This document shows, one piece after another, positions 1-9,182 of a DNA stretch of 64,000 nucleotides. The stretch spans positions 30,731 through 94,730 of the forward strand of contig CAYYIS010000008.1 in the NCBI GenBank assembly GCA_964470965.1, given 5' to 3'. The position numbers and the translations under genes are program-made. The stretch is from an uncultured Gemmatimonadota bacterium (GTDB lineage Bacteria; JAAXHH01; JABIQT01). The first letter of the stretch is position 1. Each line of letters opens with the position of its first letter. The notes beneath the pieces are model-generated. The model saw nothing but the letters and a program-made list of their open reading frames with translations. It ran no database searches and had not been told where the DNA came from.

Positions 1-470
1 TTCCAGCCGGTAAATATGCGAACGATGCACTGGAATGGTCACTCTTGCTGGGTACCTCGATTGAGGCCGGCGAGGACGCCTTCGCCGCTTATCTCGACGC
101 GGTTCTTCTGGAACGCAGGTTCAAACAGCAGGATGCCTTGGATGCCTATAAACGATTCCTTACCGCCTATCCGGATACGCCCATCAGCGATCTCGCGGCG
201 TTCGGAACAGGTGTTATCCTCAACGACCAGGGAAAACAGTTTGAATCTATCGCCGCTTTCCGTGATCTTCTGGAGCGTTATCCGTCAAGCGGGCACGCTG
301 CAAAAGCGCAACGGCAGATCGCCCAGATTTACGAAGTCCGACTTCAAAATATCCCGCAGGCCATCGCGGAATACCAGGCCATTCTGGTGAATTTCCCGGC
401 GAACTTCCACAACGACGCCATCCGTAGAAAAATTCGGAGGCTGACCACCTTACATCCGCCCCGACCGTGA
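1..470 (+). CDS. TPR-repeat protein, C-terminal fragment (tol-pal YbgF/CpoB-like); 5' end lies outside the window
   Basis: Open frame from the window start to a stop at 468-470. Repeated TPR-like helices with A-x-Y-x-x-F-L-x-x-YP motifs (AYKRFLTAYPDTP, AFRDLLERYPSSG, AEYQAILVNFPAN), typical of YbgF C-terminal TPRs. Confidence 0.5.
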   Translation, partial: PAGKYANDALEWSLLLGTSIEAGEDAFAAYLDAVLLERRFKQQDALDAYKRFLTAYPDTPISDLAAFGTGVILNDQGKQFESIAAFRDLLERYPSSGHAAKAQRQIAQIYEVRLQNIPQAIAEYQAILVNFPANFHNDAIRRKIRRLTTLHPPRP

Positions 471-1879
471 CTCCCAATCCCCCCCTTAGGATCCACCTTG
501 TCGCTATCTGCGGCACCGCCATGGCGCCGCTCGCCGTGATGCTCAAGGCAATTGGCCATCACATCACGGGAAGCGATACGGATATCTACCCCCCTATGAG
601 TACTGTCCTGGAAGAACAGGGCATTGCCGTATACCGGGGATTCGATGAAACTCATCTTGACCCTCCGCCAGATCTCGTAATTGTAGGCAACGCGATTTCC
701 AGGGGGAATCCGGAAGCCGAAGCAGTGCTCGCCAGAAAAATCCGCTACATGTCCCAGGCCGCAGCCCTGAGGGAGTTTTTTCTATGGGACAAAACCACGA
801 TCGTCATTACAGGTACCCACGGTAAAACTACGACCACCACACTGCTGGCATGGGTCCTGCAACAGGCGGGGTTAGATCCGAGCTACATGATCGGCGGCGT
901 GCCGGTTGGATGGGAATCAGGCGCCAAATTGGGTGCTGGCAGGTATTTTATTCTGGAGGGCGATGAATACGACAGCGCATTCTTCGACAAGCGTGCCAAA
1001 TTCCTCAATTATCTGCCGGACATCGTAATAATCAACAACATCGAGTTCGATCATGCGGACGTTTTTGACAGCCTCGATGAGATCATACTCGCATTCCAGC
1101 GGCTCGTCAACCTGGTGCCTGGGAATGGGCTGCTGATTGGCTCTGCCGACGACGCAATCGTCCGATCACTGCTACACTCGACACACTGTCCCGTTCAATC
1201 TTTCGGACAACAGAACAATGCGCGTTGGCGTGCGAAAGGGGTCGCAGTGTCACCCGCCGGAACGACATTCGACGTGATTGAAGACGGTGAGTCGCGGGGA
1301 GCTGTTACGCTGCCGATGTTCGGGGTCCACAACGTCCAGAACGCCCTGGCAGTGACAGCAGCGGCGGCAGAGGCTGGCGTGCCCTGGGAACGTATTGTTG
1401 CAGGATTGAAGTCCTTCCCCGGCGTGAAACGCCGTATGGAAATCCGCGGTGTGGTCGGCGGCATCACGGTTTACGATGACTTCGCACATCATCCCACTGC
1501 AGTAAGAATGACGCTGCAATCCTTACGGGCGGCCTATCCCGATGCGGGGATCTGGGCGGTCTTCGAACCGCGCACTGCTACAACGATCCGTAAAGTTTTT
1601 CAAACGGCTTATGAAGAGGCGTTCGATGCGGCGGACCATGTGATACTGGCACCGATATTCAATCCCCAGAAAGCACCCGAGGGCAACCGGTTCTCTTTGG
1701 AGAATCTGGTGAATGGTCTAACCAAGCGTGGCCAGGATACATTGGCGCTCGCAGATGTGGAAACCATTGTTTCATACCTGCGGGACCACACCCGACCGGG
1801 AGACCATGTGGTTTTCATGAGCAATGGTGGCTTCGGCGGCATACATGACAAGATGCTGGTCGCTTTAAAGCGGGGTTGA
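467..1879 (+). CDS. mpl: UDP-N-acetylmuramate:L-alanyl-gamma-D-glutamyl-meso-diaminopimelate ligase (murein peptide ligase, Mur ligase family)
   Basis: 470 aa. N-terminal 'IHLVAICGTAMAPLAVMLKAIGHHITGSD' and P-loop 'ITGTHGKTTTTTLLAWVL'. The overall Mur-ligase architecture and length fit Mpl rather than MurC. Confidence 0.8.
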   Translation: MTPNPPLRIHLVAICGTAMAPLAVMLKAIGHHITGSDTDIYPPMSTVLEEQGIAVYRGFDETHLDPPPDLVIVGNAISRGNPEAEAVLARKIRYMSQAAALREFFLWDKTTIVITGTHGKTTTTTLLAWVLQQAGLDPSYMIGGVPVGWESGAKLGAGRYFILEGDEYDSAFFDKRAKFLNYLPDIVIINNIEFDHADVFDSLDEIILAFQRLVNLVPGNGLLIGSADDAIVRSLLHSTHCPVQSFGQQNNARWRAKGVAVSPAGTTFDVIEDGESRGAVTLPMFGVHNVQNALAVTAAAAEAGVPWERIVAGLKSFPGVKRRMEIRGVVGGITVYDDFAHHPTAVRMTLQSLRAAYPDAGIWAVFEPRTATTIRKVFQTAYEEAFDAADHVILAPIFNPQKAPEGNRFSLENLVNGLTKRGQDTLALADVETIVSYLRDHTRPGDHVVFMSNGGFGGIHDKMLVALKRG

Positions 1880-1886
1880 CCTTAAG

Positions 1887-2489
1887 ATGTTGGATGAAGA
1901 CGCGGTGATGGGGATCGACCTGGCAGGTGTAGAAACGAATCCGACAGGCGTTTGTGTCCTTCGGGGAAACGAGGTGGAGACGTGCCACCTTCTTACCGAT
2001 ACGGAAATCCTGAGATTCGCTGATGAGATCCGACCGTTCCTGATCGGCATCGATGCCCCCCTCAGTCTTCCCCGGGGCCGTCGATCCATCCATGACCGAA
2101 CCGATAACCACCTGCGGGACTGTGACCGTGAGTTAACACGGCACGGAATTCGCTATTTCCCCGTCACACTCGGTCCGATGCGTAAGCTGACAGAACGCGG
2201 CCTACTGTTGAAAAAACACCTGCTTGAACTAGAAATCGACTCGTTTGAAATATATCCGGGCGGAGCCCAGGATATATTTGGCATTCCCAGAAAGCAAAAA
2301 GGCCTCGATTTACTGCGTGCCGGCCTTGAAGGCCTGGGCATCAAAGGGCTTCATGCCGAAATGTCCGACCATGAGTTGGACGCGGTGACCGGTGCGTTCG
2401 TAATCCAGGCCTATGTTAACGATAAAGCCCGCGGGTGGGGTGATCCCGATGAAGGTGTGATCGTGATGCCTGATGTGAACCCGATGTAA
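1887..2489 (+). CDS. DUF429-family protein (predicted RNase H-like fold)
   Basis: 200 aa. N-terminal 'GIDLAGVETNPTGVCVL' and 'IGIDAPLSLPRG' resemble DUF429 proteins. Confidence 0.45.
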   Translation: MLDEDAVMGIDLAGVETNPTGVCVLRGNEVETCHLLTDTEILRFADEIRPFLIGIDAPLSLPRGRRSIHDRTDNHLRDCDRELTRHGIRYFPVTLGPMRKLTERGLLLKKHLLELEIDSFEIYPGGAQDIFGIPRKQKGLDLLRAGLEGLGIKGLHAEMSDHELDAVTGAFVIQAYVNDKARGWGDPDEGVIVMPDVNPM

Positions 2490-2495
2490 CGTCAA

Positions 2496-3479
2496 TCAGG
2501 GACCTCTGTCGTAAATCTCAACATCTACCGGCCTACCTTCATATTCAAACTGGTTCTGGAAGGTAGCTTCGTGTTCGAATCCTTCCCCAAGTAGCGCGCC
2601 GGTTTTCCAATCTGTGTCGTTTTCAGTGAAGGACTGGATTTTTCTGTTCTCCGGCAACGGCAAGGATTGGAGAAGCGCAGGAGCGTGGGAGGTATACTCT
2701 GGATGCAGATAAAGGTCAAGCAGCAGTGTCTGTTCCGTCCAACGTCTATCCGGCTGGATCATAACGTAGCCCACGATGGCACCGGTGGTAGACTTAAGTA
2801 TTCGCGCATCCCGGTTGGGATCCTCTTCAATCCCCTTCAGGAAGGTAAGAAACCCGCCTTCGAAGTTCTTCTGGCCAAACAGTTCAAACGCGATACTCCT
2901 TAAATAAGGCGCGCCGCCCTGCGCGCATAGCACATTCATGGTCGGCCAATCTTTCCAGGTCGGTTTCACGATTTTCACTTCGGCTGAGTTAAAGTAGTCT
3001 GTTTCAAACGTGTCCGATGCCTGGTAGTACATGAAACCAGAGTCCGGTGAGATGCTTCTGAATCCGAAATCGTGGTAAATCCAGTAGGGGTGAGATTGGA
3101 ACCACGTGCCCAATGTCAGGTAACGGCCGTTTCGCATTCCGAAATCCGTCATCTGCTCAGTCATCACAAGCCGGCAGGCGCTCTTTCGGCGTTGTTCAGG
3201 CCTTGTGTACACGTGGCCCAGAATGCCGATACCATCGTACTCCACCGTCATAATGTTGCATATGGGTGTTTCGTCCAGCAAACCCAGGTAGAATCGTGTT
3301 TCCAAATCGGCGATACGACCCGGTTCGAACGCACACTCGAAATGCCATTGGAAGTTCCCAGGTTTGTGCCCCAGAAACGGCACCACGCGCGACCGGAATG
3401 ATGCCTCCGGTGTCAGAACAACACCGATCTCGAGCGGTTCTCCTGTGGTCAGCCGAGTTGATTTTAGCGGTGTGTACAT
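2496..3479 (-). CDS. Hypothetical protein (possible GNAT-like fold, weak)
   Basis: 327-aa ORF with good coding character. No recognisable motif beyond a weak GNAT motif-A-like segment (VYTRPEQRRKSACRLV). Confidence 0.3.
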   Translation of the reverse strand: MYTPLKSTRLTTGEPLEIGVVLTPEASFRSRVVPFLGHKPGNFQWHFECAFEPGRIADLETRFYLGLLDETPICNIMTVEYDGIGILGHVYTRPEQRRKSACRLVMTEQMTDFGMRNGRYLTLGTWFQSHPYWIYHDFGFRSISPDSGFMYYQASDTFETDYFNSAEVKIVKPTWKDWPTMNVLCAQGGAPYLRSIAFELFGQKNFEGGFLTFLKGIEEDPNRDARILKSTTGAIVGYVMIQPDRRWTEQTLLLDLYLHPEYTSHAPALLQSLPLPENRKIQSFTENDTDWKTGALLGEGFEHEATFQNQFEYEGRPVDVEIYDRGP

Positions 3480-3895
3480 CAGTATCCTTCCTGGTTAATC
3501 CCTGTCTCCTGAAACGTTTCCGGAACATGCCGGACGACGGATACCATACATGGTTTCAACCTTTCTGGAAACCGGTACCCGCCACGGCTCACGACGTCAT
3601 TTTCCAAACAGAAGGCCCGGTGAAGATACGACCTTGCATAGAAGTACGACCTTGTCCGCGATCCAGTCGCCAAACATGATCATACGGGTACTCCGGGGGT
3701 GGACTCATTAGGACACCGGGCAGCCCCACAGGCATTCCTGATGTCTTCCAGACAGAAATAATTGCGCCCTGCGGGTGTCCGGAGTATTATAGATATCCTT
3801 TATCTTACATAAACGCACCTATTATATGGAGTACAAGAACGCGCGCAAACAGTTATTTCTTACCTTGAACAGGCGAAACAGGAGGACTGTTACCG

Positions 3896-5317
3896 ATGGA
3901 GCAAACAGGCATCTGTTTTTCGACCGCGGTGAATCTGGTCGACCTCATCCGGAAAAGGGAGATCTCGGTCCGGGACGTCGTAGAGGCTCATCTGGCCCAG
4001 ATAGAACAGGTAAATCCCAAAGTCAATGCCATCGTGACACTGGTGGTGGAGCAGGCCATGGAAGAAGCCGACCGTGCGGACAGGGCCCTGGCCGCCGGTG
4101 AGACGACTGGGCCGTTGTTCGGCCTGCCTATAGCCCACAAGGACCTGGTGGAAACCAAAGGAATAAGGACAACCTGGGGATCCCCAATCCATAAAGATTC
4201 CGTGCCGGATTTCGACGCTTTGATAGTCGAACGACTGAAGAATGCAGGCGCGATAACTATCGGGAAAACCAATGTACCCGAATTCGGAGCCGGGTCGCAG
4301 ACGTTCAATCCGGTGTTCGGTGAGACATTGAATCCGTATGACACATCCAAGACTTGCGGAGGCAGCAGTGGCGGTGCAGCAGTGGCACTGGCCTGCGGAA
4401 TGCAGCCGATCGCGGACGGCAGTGATATGGGAGGTTCGCTTCGTAATCCAGCCAACTTCTGCAACGTGGTCGGCATTCGTACATCGCCCGGCCGCGTACC
4501 AAAGTGGCCCGTAGGCAACGCGTGGTCACCCTTCAGCGTGCAGGGACCCATGGCCCGTACGGTTCAGGATACCGCGCTGATGCTCAGCGCCATTGCCGGT
4601 CCGGATCCCAGATCGCCCATCTCGATCGTGGAACCTGGCAGTATTTTCAGACAGCCCCTTGACCGTGATTTCAACGGTGTCCGCGTTGCCTGGAGCAAGG
4701 ATTTCGGAACGTTGCCGGTCGATCAGCGCGTAACGGATGTTCTCGAATCACAACGTCATGTATTCGGGGACCTGGGCTGTATCGTGGAGGAAGGAGAACC
4801 GGATTTCACAGGCGCTGATGATGCCTTCAAGGTGCTTCGAGCCGCTTCTTTTGCACAATCCTATGAGGAACTGCTCAAAACACACAGGGACCTTATAAAA
4901 GACACTGTAATCTGGAACACAGAAGCAGGCCTGGCACTTAAAGGGTCCGATCTGGCGCGGGCGGAATCCGAACGGACAGAGCTATACCACAGGGTCCGAA
5001 GGTTTATGGAATCCTACGAGTTCATGATATATCCGGTTAGCCAGGTGCCGCCTTTTGATGTGACAACGCCGTACATCACAGAGATAAATGGTGTCGAAAT
5101 GGACACCTATATCGACTGGATGAGTTCGGCATATTTCATAAGCGTCACAGGCTTACCAGCTATCTCCGTGCCGTGTGGCTTCACTTCGAAAGGCTTACCG
5201 GTGGGAATTCAGATCGTGGGACGTCATCAGGATGATTTCGGCGTACTCCAGATGGCCCATGCCTTCGAGGAGGCGACCGGTGTTTGGAAACGGCGTCCCA
5301 ATGTTGTCGGCGCATAA
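3896..5317 (+). CDS. Amidase (amidase-signature family, GatA-like)
   Basis: 473 aa. Amidase-signature motif 'GGSSGGAAVALACG' with Ser-cisSer-Lys context (KDLVETKGIRTTWGS). Confidence 0.8.
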   Translation: MEQTGICFSTAVNLVDLIRKREISVRDVVEAHLAQIEQVNPKVNAIVTLVVEQAMEEADRADRALAAGETTGPLFGLPIAHKDLVETKGIRTTWGSPIHKDSVPDFDALIVERLKNAGAITIGKTNVPEFGAGSQTFNPVFGETLNPYDTSKTCGGSSGGAAVALACGMQPIADGSDMGGSLRNPANFCNVVGIRTSPGRVPKWPVGNAWSPFSVQGPMARTVQDTALMLSAIAGPDPRSPISIVEPGSIFRQPLDRDFNGVRVAWSKDFGTLPVDQRVTDVLESQRHVFGDLGCIVEEGEPDFTGADDAFKVLRAASFAQSYEELLKTHRDLIKDTVIWNTEAGLALKGSDLARAESERTELYHRVRRFMESYEFMIYPVSQVPPFDVTTPYITEINGVEMDTYIDWMSSAYFISVTGLPAISVPCGFTSKGLPVGIQIVGRHQDDFGVLQMAHAFEEATGVWKRRPNVVGA

Positions 5318-5319
5318 GG

Positions 5320-6108
5320 ATGTTTCCTATGGACATGGACACGGTGTTGCACAACCTGGGCGTACGCGATGACACGCTTTCAGAAAATGAAATGAGTCAT
5401 CTGGATGAAAAAGGGTTTCTAACGCTACCCAACATCATGTCTGCCAATCAAGTAGCAGCATTCAGGTCGAGACTGGAAACCTTGATTGAAGAAGAAGGCG
5501 ATGACGCAGGAAAGGAAGTGCATCAGGAAGCGGGGGCGCTAAGGTTAAGTGACTTGATCAATAAGGATCCCATGTTCGATTTCTGCTATACCCATCCAAG
5601 GCTTCTGGCGGCTGTCCGCCAGATGCTTACCTCCGATTTCAAGGTACATTCACTGAACAGCCGGTTTGCGATTCCGGGAGAAGGGAAACAGGGGTTTCAT
5701 ATGGATTGGGGACCGCGTGACGAAGAAGAACGAAAGCTCTCTCAGAACGGTCATTATTTCGTGGCTAATTCTCTATGGCTGCTGGATGATTTCACCGCGA
5801 CAAATGGTCCGACGCGGCTGGTGCCCGGGTCCCACAAGTGGGGGAAATCACCACAGGAGGTGATGGACGACCCGACTTCATCTCATCCAGATGAGGTGAA
5901 GGTTGTGGCCCCGGCCGGTACGGTCGTGGCCTTCAATTCCCATATATGGCACGGCGGCTCGTTGAACCGCAGTCATGATATGCGCCGGGCGATGCACATG
6001 GCCTTTGTACGTCGTAACCTGCCACAGCAGACGGATCAAAAGCAACACCTGCGACCCGGAACTGCATCCAGGTTGGACGAAGAGAAACGTATTTTGCTGG
6101 ATTTGTGA
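5320..6108 (+). CDS. Phytanoyl-CoA dioxygenase (PhyH) family Fe(II)/2-oxoglutarate oxygenase
   Basis: HxD...H pattern (HMDW...; SHIWHGG) and the 'TNGPTRLVPGSHKW' motif typical of PhyH. The start was moved to the ATG after the amidase stop at 5317. Confidence 0.65.
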   Translation: MFPMDMDTVLHNLGVRDDTLSENEMSHLDEKGFLTLPNIMSANQVAAFRSRLETLIEEEGDDAGKEVHQEAGALRLSDLINKDPMFDFCYTHPRLLAAVRQMLTSDFKVHSLNSRFAIPGEGKQGFHMDWGPRDEEERKLSQNGHYFVANSLWLLDDFTATNGPTRLVPGSHKWGKSPQEVMDDPTSSHPDEVKVVAPAGTVVAFNSHIWHGGSLNRSHDMRRAMHMAFVRRNLPQQTDQKQHLRPGTASRLDEEKRILLDL

Positions 6109-6586
6109 ACACAACGACAACAAGAATTGAGCAGCGAACACTGCAAACGGCGCGGACAGCATCAAGCCGGCAGGATTGTATTCTAGGCCAACCGCCCTAC
6201 CAACCGTGGATAAACCTGCTGAGCCGTTTGCTTCTGCGTTCCATCGTTCCACCCGAATTCCAGCATCAAGTCCACTTGTCTCTTCGATCAGAGTGCACTG
6301 AAAACACCCAGGGCATGGAGCGAAGTGCATTCGGTTTGGCCGATTCCATGTTAAGATGAACACAATGAGCGAGAACAAGACCACAGGCTTTCAGGCAGAC
6401 GGCTTCAAACCTGCCCACAAACATGTTTATTCAAGTTGGCACACAAGTATCCTGAAACATCTACAGAAATAGGTGGGCAACACCCCCGGCTGTCACTATA
6501 TTTTGTGACGGAAATCCATGTTCATTTTCCGACTGTGAAATCCTGGTGATGGATTGAGCCGGTATTTTAAACGCCTGGGATAAACT

Positions 6587-8455
6587 ATGACCAACAAGCA
6601 AACGGCGCCATTTGGCTTCTGGGAGAGTCCGTTTACCCCCTCCATGATGGGCGGACAGCTCCGGTTTTCGGATGTGCAGTGGGACACCGATGGACAACGG
6701 CTCGTGTGGCTGGAAGTACGCTCCGGGCGCGGTGTTTTGGTGTGCCGGGGGGGTACGAACGCCCCGTATGATCTCAATGACGAGCACAACGTGCGAGCCG
6801 GGGTAGGTTACGGTGGCGGAGATTTTACGGTTTCGCACGGTTACGTGGTGTACGTGGAAAAAAGCGGGCGCCTTTTCCGGCAATCGCTGGATTCTGGACC
6901 TGCTGACGCCATCACCCCGGCATTCGGTCACGCGGGATCCCCGGTGGTGTCTCCGAATGGTGAATGGGTACTGTACGTGCACAGTTATGAACGGACGGAT
7001 GTGCTGGCACTGACGAATTCCGACGGTGTGAAATGGCCCATCAACCTGGTATCGGGTTCCGATTTTTACATGCAGCCGGCCTGGCATCCAGAGGGTGACC
7101 GGATCGCCTGGATCGAATGGGATCAGCCCAATATGCCCTGGGACGGCACTCGGTTGATGCTTGGTAGATTGTCGGAGAGTGTAACCGGGGCTCTAGAAGA
7201 AACACAGATTACCGGAAACGAAAAGACAAGTGTGTTCCAACCGGAGTTTTCCCCGGATGGCGAATGGCTTTCTTATATCACTACGGAAGGTGAATGGGAC
7301 GCGCTCGTAATCCATAACCTGGAATCCGATGAGCGCGTGGTACTTGAGAAGGATACAACGCTTGCAGAACCGGCCTGGGTGCAGGGCATACGCGTTTACG
7401 GGTGGGGGCCGGACAGTAAATCTATATACTACCATCGGAACGATCAGGGCACCGGGACTCTCTGGCAGGTGAATACAGAAACAGGAGAACGGAGTAAGGT
7501 GGAGACAGGCCCCTATTCATGGCTCCAGCAGATTTCGGTCTCGCCTGCCGACAGTGCGATCGTCTGCACCGCCTCCTCTCCTGCTGTCCCGGATCGGGTC
7601 ATCACAATAGAATCCTCCGGAAGAACGATCCACCGGCGCAGCAGCTCCGAACGCGTTTCGACCAGCGAGATGTCCATTCCCCGCCCACATTCCTGGGAAG
7701 CGCCGGATGGCACCAGGGTCCACGGTCTGTATTATCCCCCAAAAAACAGCCGATACGCCTATGAGGGCGCACCACCCGCCATCGTCGGCATCCACGGGGG
7801 CCCCACCGGTCAGCGCACGGCGAACTATTCCAGCGAAGCCGCCTTCTTTACAAGCAGAGGCTATGCTTTCCTCGATGTGAATTATCGTGGTAGCACCGGC
7901 TACGGACGCTCTTACATGGTTGCCCTGAGAGGGCACTGGGGTGCCTACGACGCAGAAGATGCTGTCGGTGGGGCGCAGTCCCTGATCGATCAGGGACTGG
8001 CGGATCCTGACCGAATCGTGATAAAAGGTGGTAGCGCAGGAGGATACACGGTTCTGAATACCTTGATCCACCACCCGGGCGTGTTCAAGGCAGGAATGTG
8101 CCTTTATGGTGTTACAAACCTGTTTACTCTGGCGACTGAAACCCATAAATTCGAAGAAAAATATCTGGACCTCATAGTCGGAACATTGCCGGAACACGGT
8201 GAACGATACCAGGCATGGTCGCCCATTTTTCACGCTGAAAAAATCAGGGATCCGATTGCAGTATTCCAGGGCACAGAAGATCAGGTCGTACCACCAAATC
8301 AGGCCGAATCGATAGTCAACGTTCTCAATCGGAATGGCGTCCCGCATATCTATCGGCAATACGAGGGGGAAGGGCACGGCTGGAGGAAGATGTCAACGAT
8401 CGAATCGTTTTATGAAGATGTCGATACCTTTTTAAAGCAGTATGTGTTGATCTGA
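6587..8455 (+). CDS. S9-family serine peptidase (prolyl oligopeptidase / acylaminoacyl-peptidase-like) with N-terminal beta-propeller
   Basis: 622 aa. C-terminal alpha/beta hydrolase domain with the catalytic-Ser motif 'KGGSAGGYTV' and downstream D/H residues. N-terminal WD/TolB-like propeller repeats. Confidence 0.8.
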   Translation: MTNKQTAPFGFWESPFTPSMMGGQLRFSDVQWDTDGQRLVWLEVRSGRGVLVCRGGTNAPYDLNDEHNVRAGVGYGGGDFTVSHGYVVYVEKSGRLFRQSLDSGPADAITPAFGHAGSPVVSPNGEWVLYVHSYERTDVLALTNSDGVKWPINLVSGSDFYMQPAWHPEGDRIAWIEWDQPNMPWDGTRLMLGRLSESVTGALEETQITGNEKTSVFQPEFSPDGEWLSYITTEGEWDALVIHNLESDERVVLEKDTTLAEPAWVQGIRVYGWGPDSKSIYYHRNDQGTGTLWQVNTETGERSKVETGPYSWLQQISVSPADSAIVCTASSPAVPDRVITIESSGRTIHRRSSSERVSTSEMSIPRPHSWEAPDGTRVHGLYYPPKNSRYAYEGAPPAIVGIHGGPTGQRTANYSSEAAFFTSRGYAFLDVNYRGSTGYGRSYMVALRGHWGAYDAEDAVGGAQSLIDQGLADPDRIVIKGGSAGGYTVLNTLIHHPGVFKAGMCLYGVTNLFTLATETHKFEEKYLDLIVGTLPEHGERYQAWSPIFHAEKIRDPIAVFQGTEDQVVPPNQAESIVNVLNRNGVPHIYRQYEGEGHGWRKMSTIESFYEDVDTFLKQYVLI

Positions 8456-8467
8456 GCCGGAGGCAGG

Positions 8468-8836
8468 ATGCGTATTAAGTTATATGAGAAACCCACTTGA
8501 AGCAAATGCAGGGAGGCGGTCAGCCTCCTCGACGACAGGGGGCTCTCTTACGACAGAATTGATTACTACACCGCCCCTCTCACCCGGGATGTACTGGTAC
8601 GATTACTCACTGAAATGGATGCCCGTCCCAGAGACATCATGCGGACCAGTGAAACAACCTATAAAGAGTTGAATTTGGCAGATTCGGACCTGGCCGACGA
8701 TGCGTTAATCGATCTGATGATTCAACATCCTGACTTACTTCAGCGTCCTATTTTGGAGATCGATGACCAGGCGTTGCTGGGCAGACCGACGGATCGGATC
8801 GAGGCGTTTCTGGATGCCGCTATCGCCATGGGGTGA
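8468..8836 (+). CDS. Spx/ArsC-family thiol oxidoreductase with an in-frame UGA (putative selenocysteine) at 8498-8500, forming a UxxC redox motif
   Basis: Continuous reading ATG(8468) MRIKLYEKPT-TGA-SKCREAVSLLDDRGLSYDRIDYYTAPLTRDVLVRLLTEMDARPRDIMRTSETTYKELNLADSDLADDALIDLMIQHPDLLQRPILEIDDQALLGRP... aligns end to end with Spx/ArsC (Spx: LYTSPSCTSCRKARAWLEE...). The TGA sits exactly at the first Cys of the CxxC motif. A hairpin follows 10 nt downstream. The six-frame track split this gene into 8615..8836 only. Confidence 0.7.
8511..8530 (+). promoter_or_regulatory. Candidate bacterial SECIS hairpin (7-bp stem GGGAGGC/GCCUCCU, apical loop GGUCA) 10 nt downstream of the in-frame UGA
   Basis: Sequence gggaggc-ggtca-gcctcct at 8511-8529. 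The spacing and the G/U-containing apical loop resemble fdhF-type bSECIS elements. Confidence 0.5.
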
Positions 8837-9182
8837 ATCTTTTCCTTATTGCTGTTGCGGAGGCGGGCCGGAGTGGGAAATGATCGGGAGAAGGCGAAAA
8901 GGTATGTCGGTACACACATGAATCCGAAACCTTCACCAAAACGGAATATGGGGTGGCGGTGGCCTGTCACACCGCCAAAATCCTGCTCACTCGCAAAAAC
9001 CTCCTTATTCTGGTAGATATCGAGCCTGAGACATACACCCTGAATGTTACAGTAAGTAACAAAACCTGTGTACCAATCCGACAATGCCTCTGTACTCCTG
9101 TTTTTAAAGACGCATCTGGAAGAAAACAGCCGGCAATTCCGATAATTCGTCAATTATCTAATCCGTTCCTCCGGAGGTACTC

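Noticed and set aside
16-390. 124-aa plus-strand ORF at the window start
   Set aside because: It lies in an alternative frame fully inside the TPR/YbgF-like gene, and its Arg/Pro/Ser-rich composition is typical of an off-frame artefact in GC-rich DNA.
8484-8672. 62-aa ORF overlapping the Spx/ArsC region
   Set aside because: It is in a different frame from the continuous Spx-like reading, and that reading (with Sec) explains the whole locus.
8740-9153. 137-aa minus-strand ORF
   Set aside because: It overlaps the 3' end of the Spx/ArsC gene antisense and has no motifs and poor coding character.
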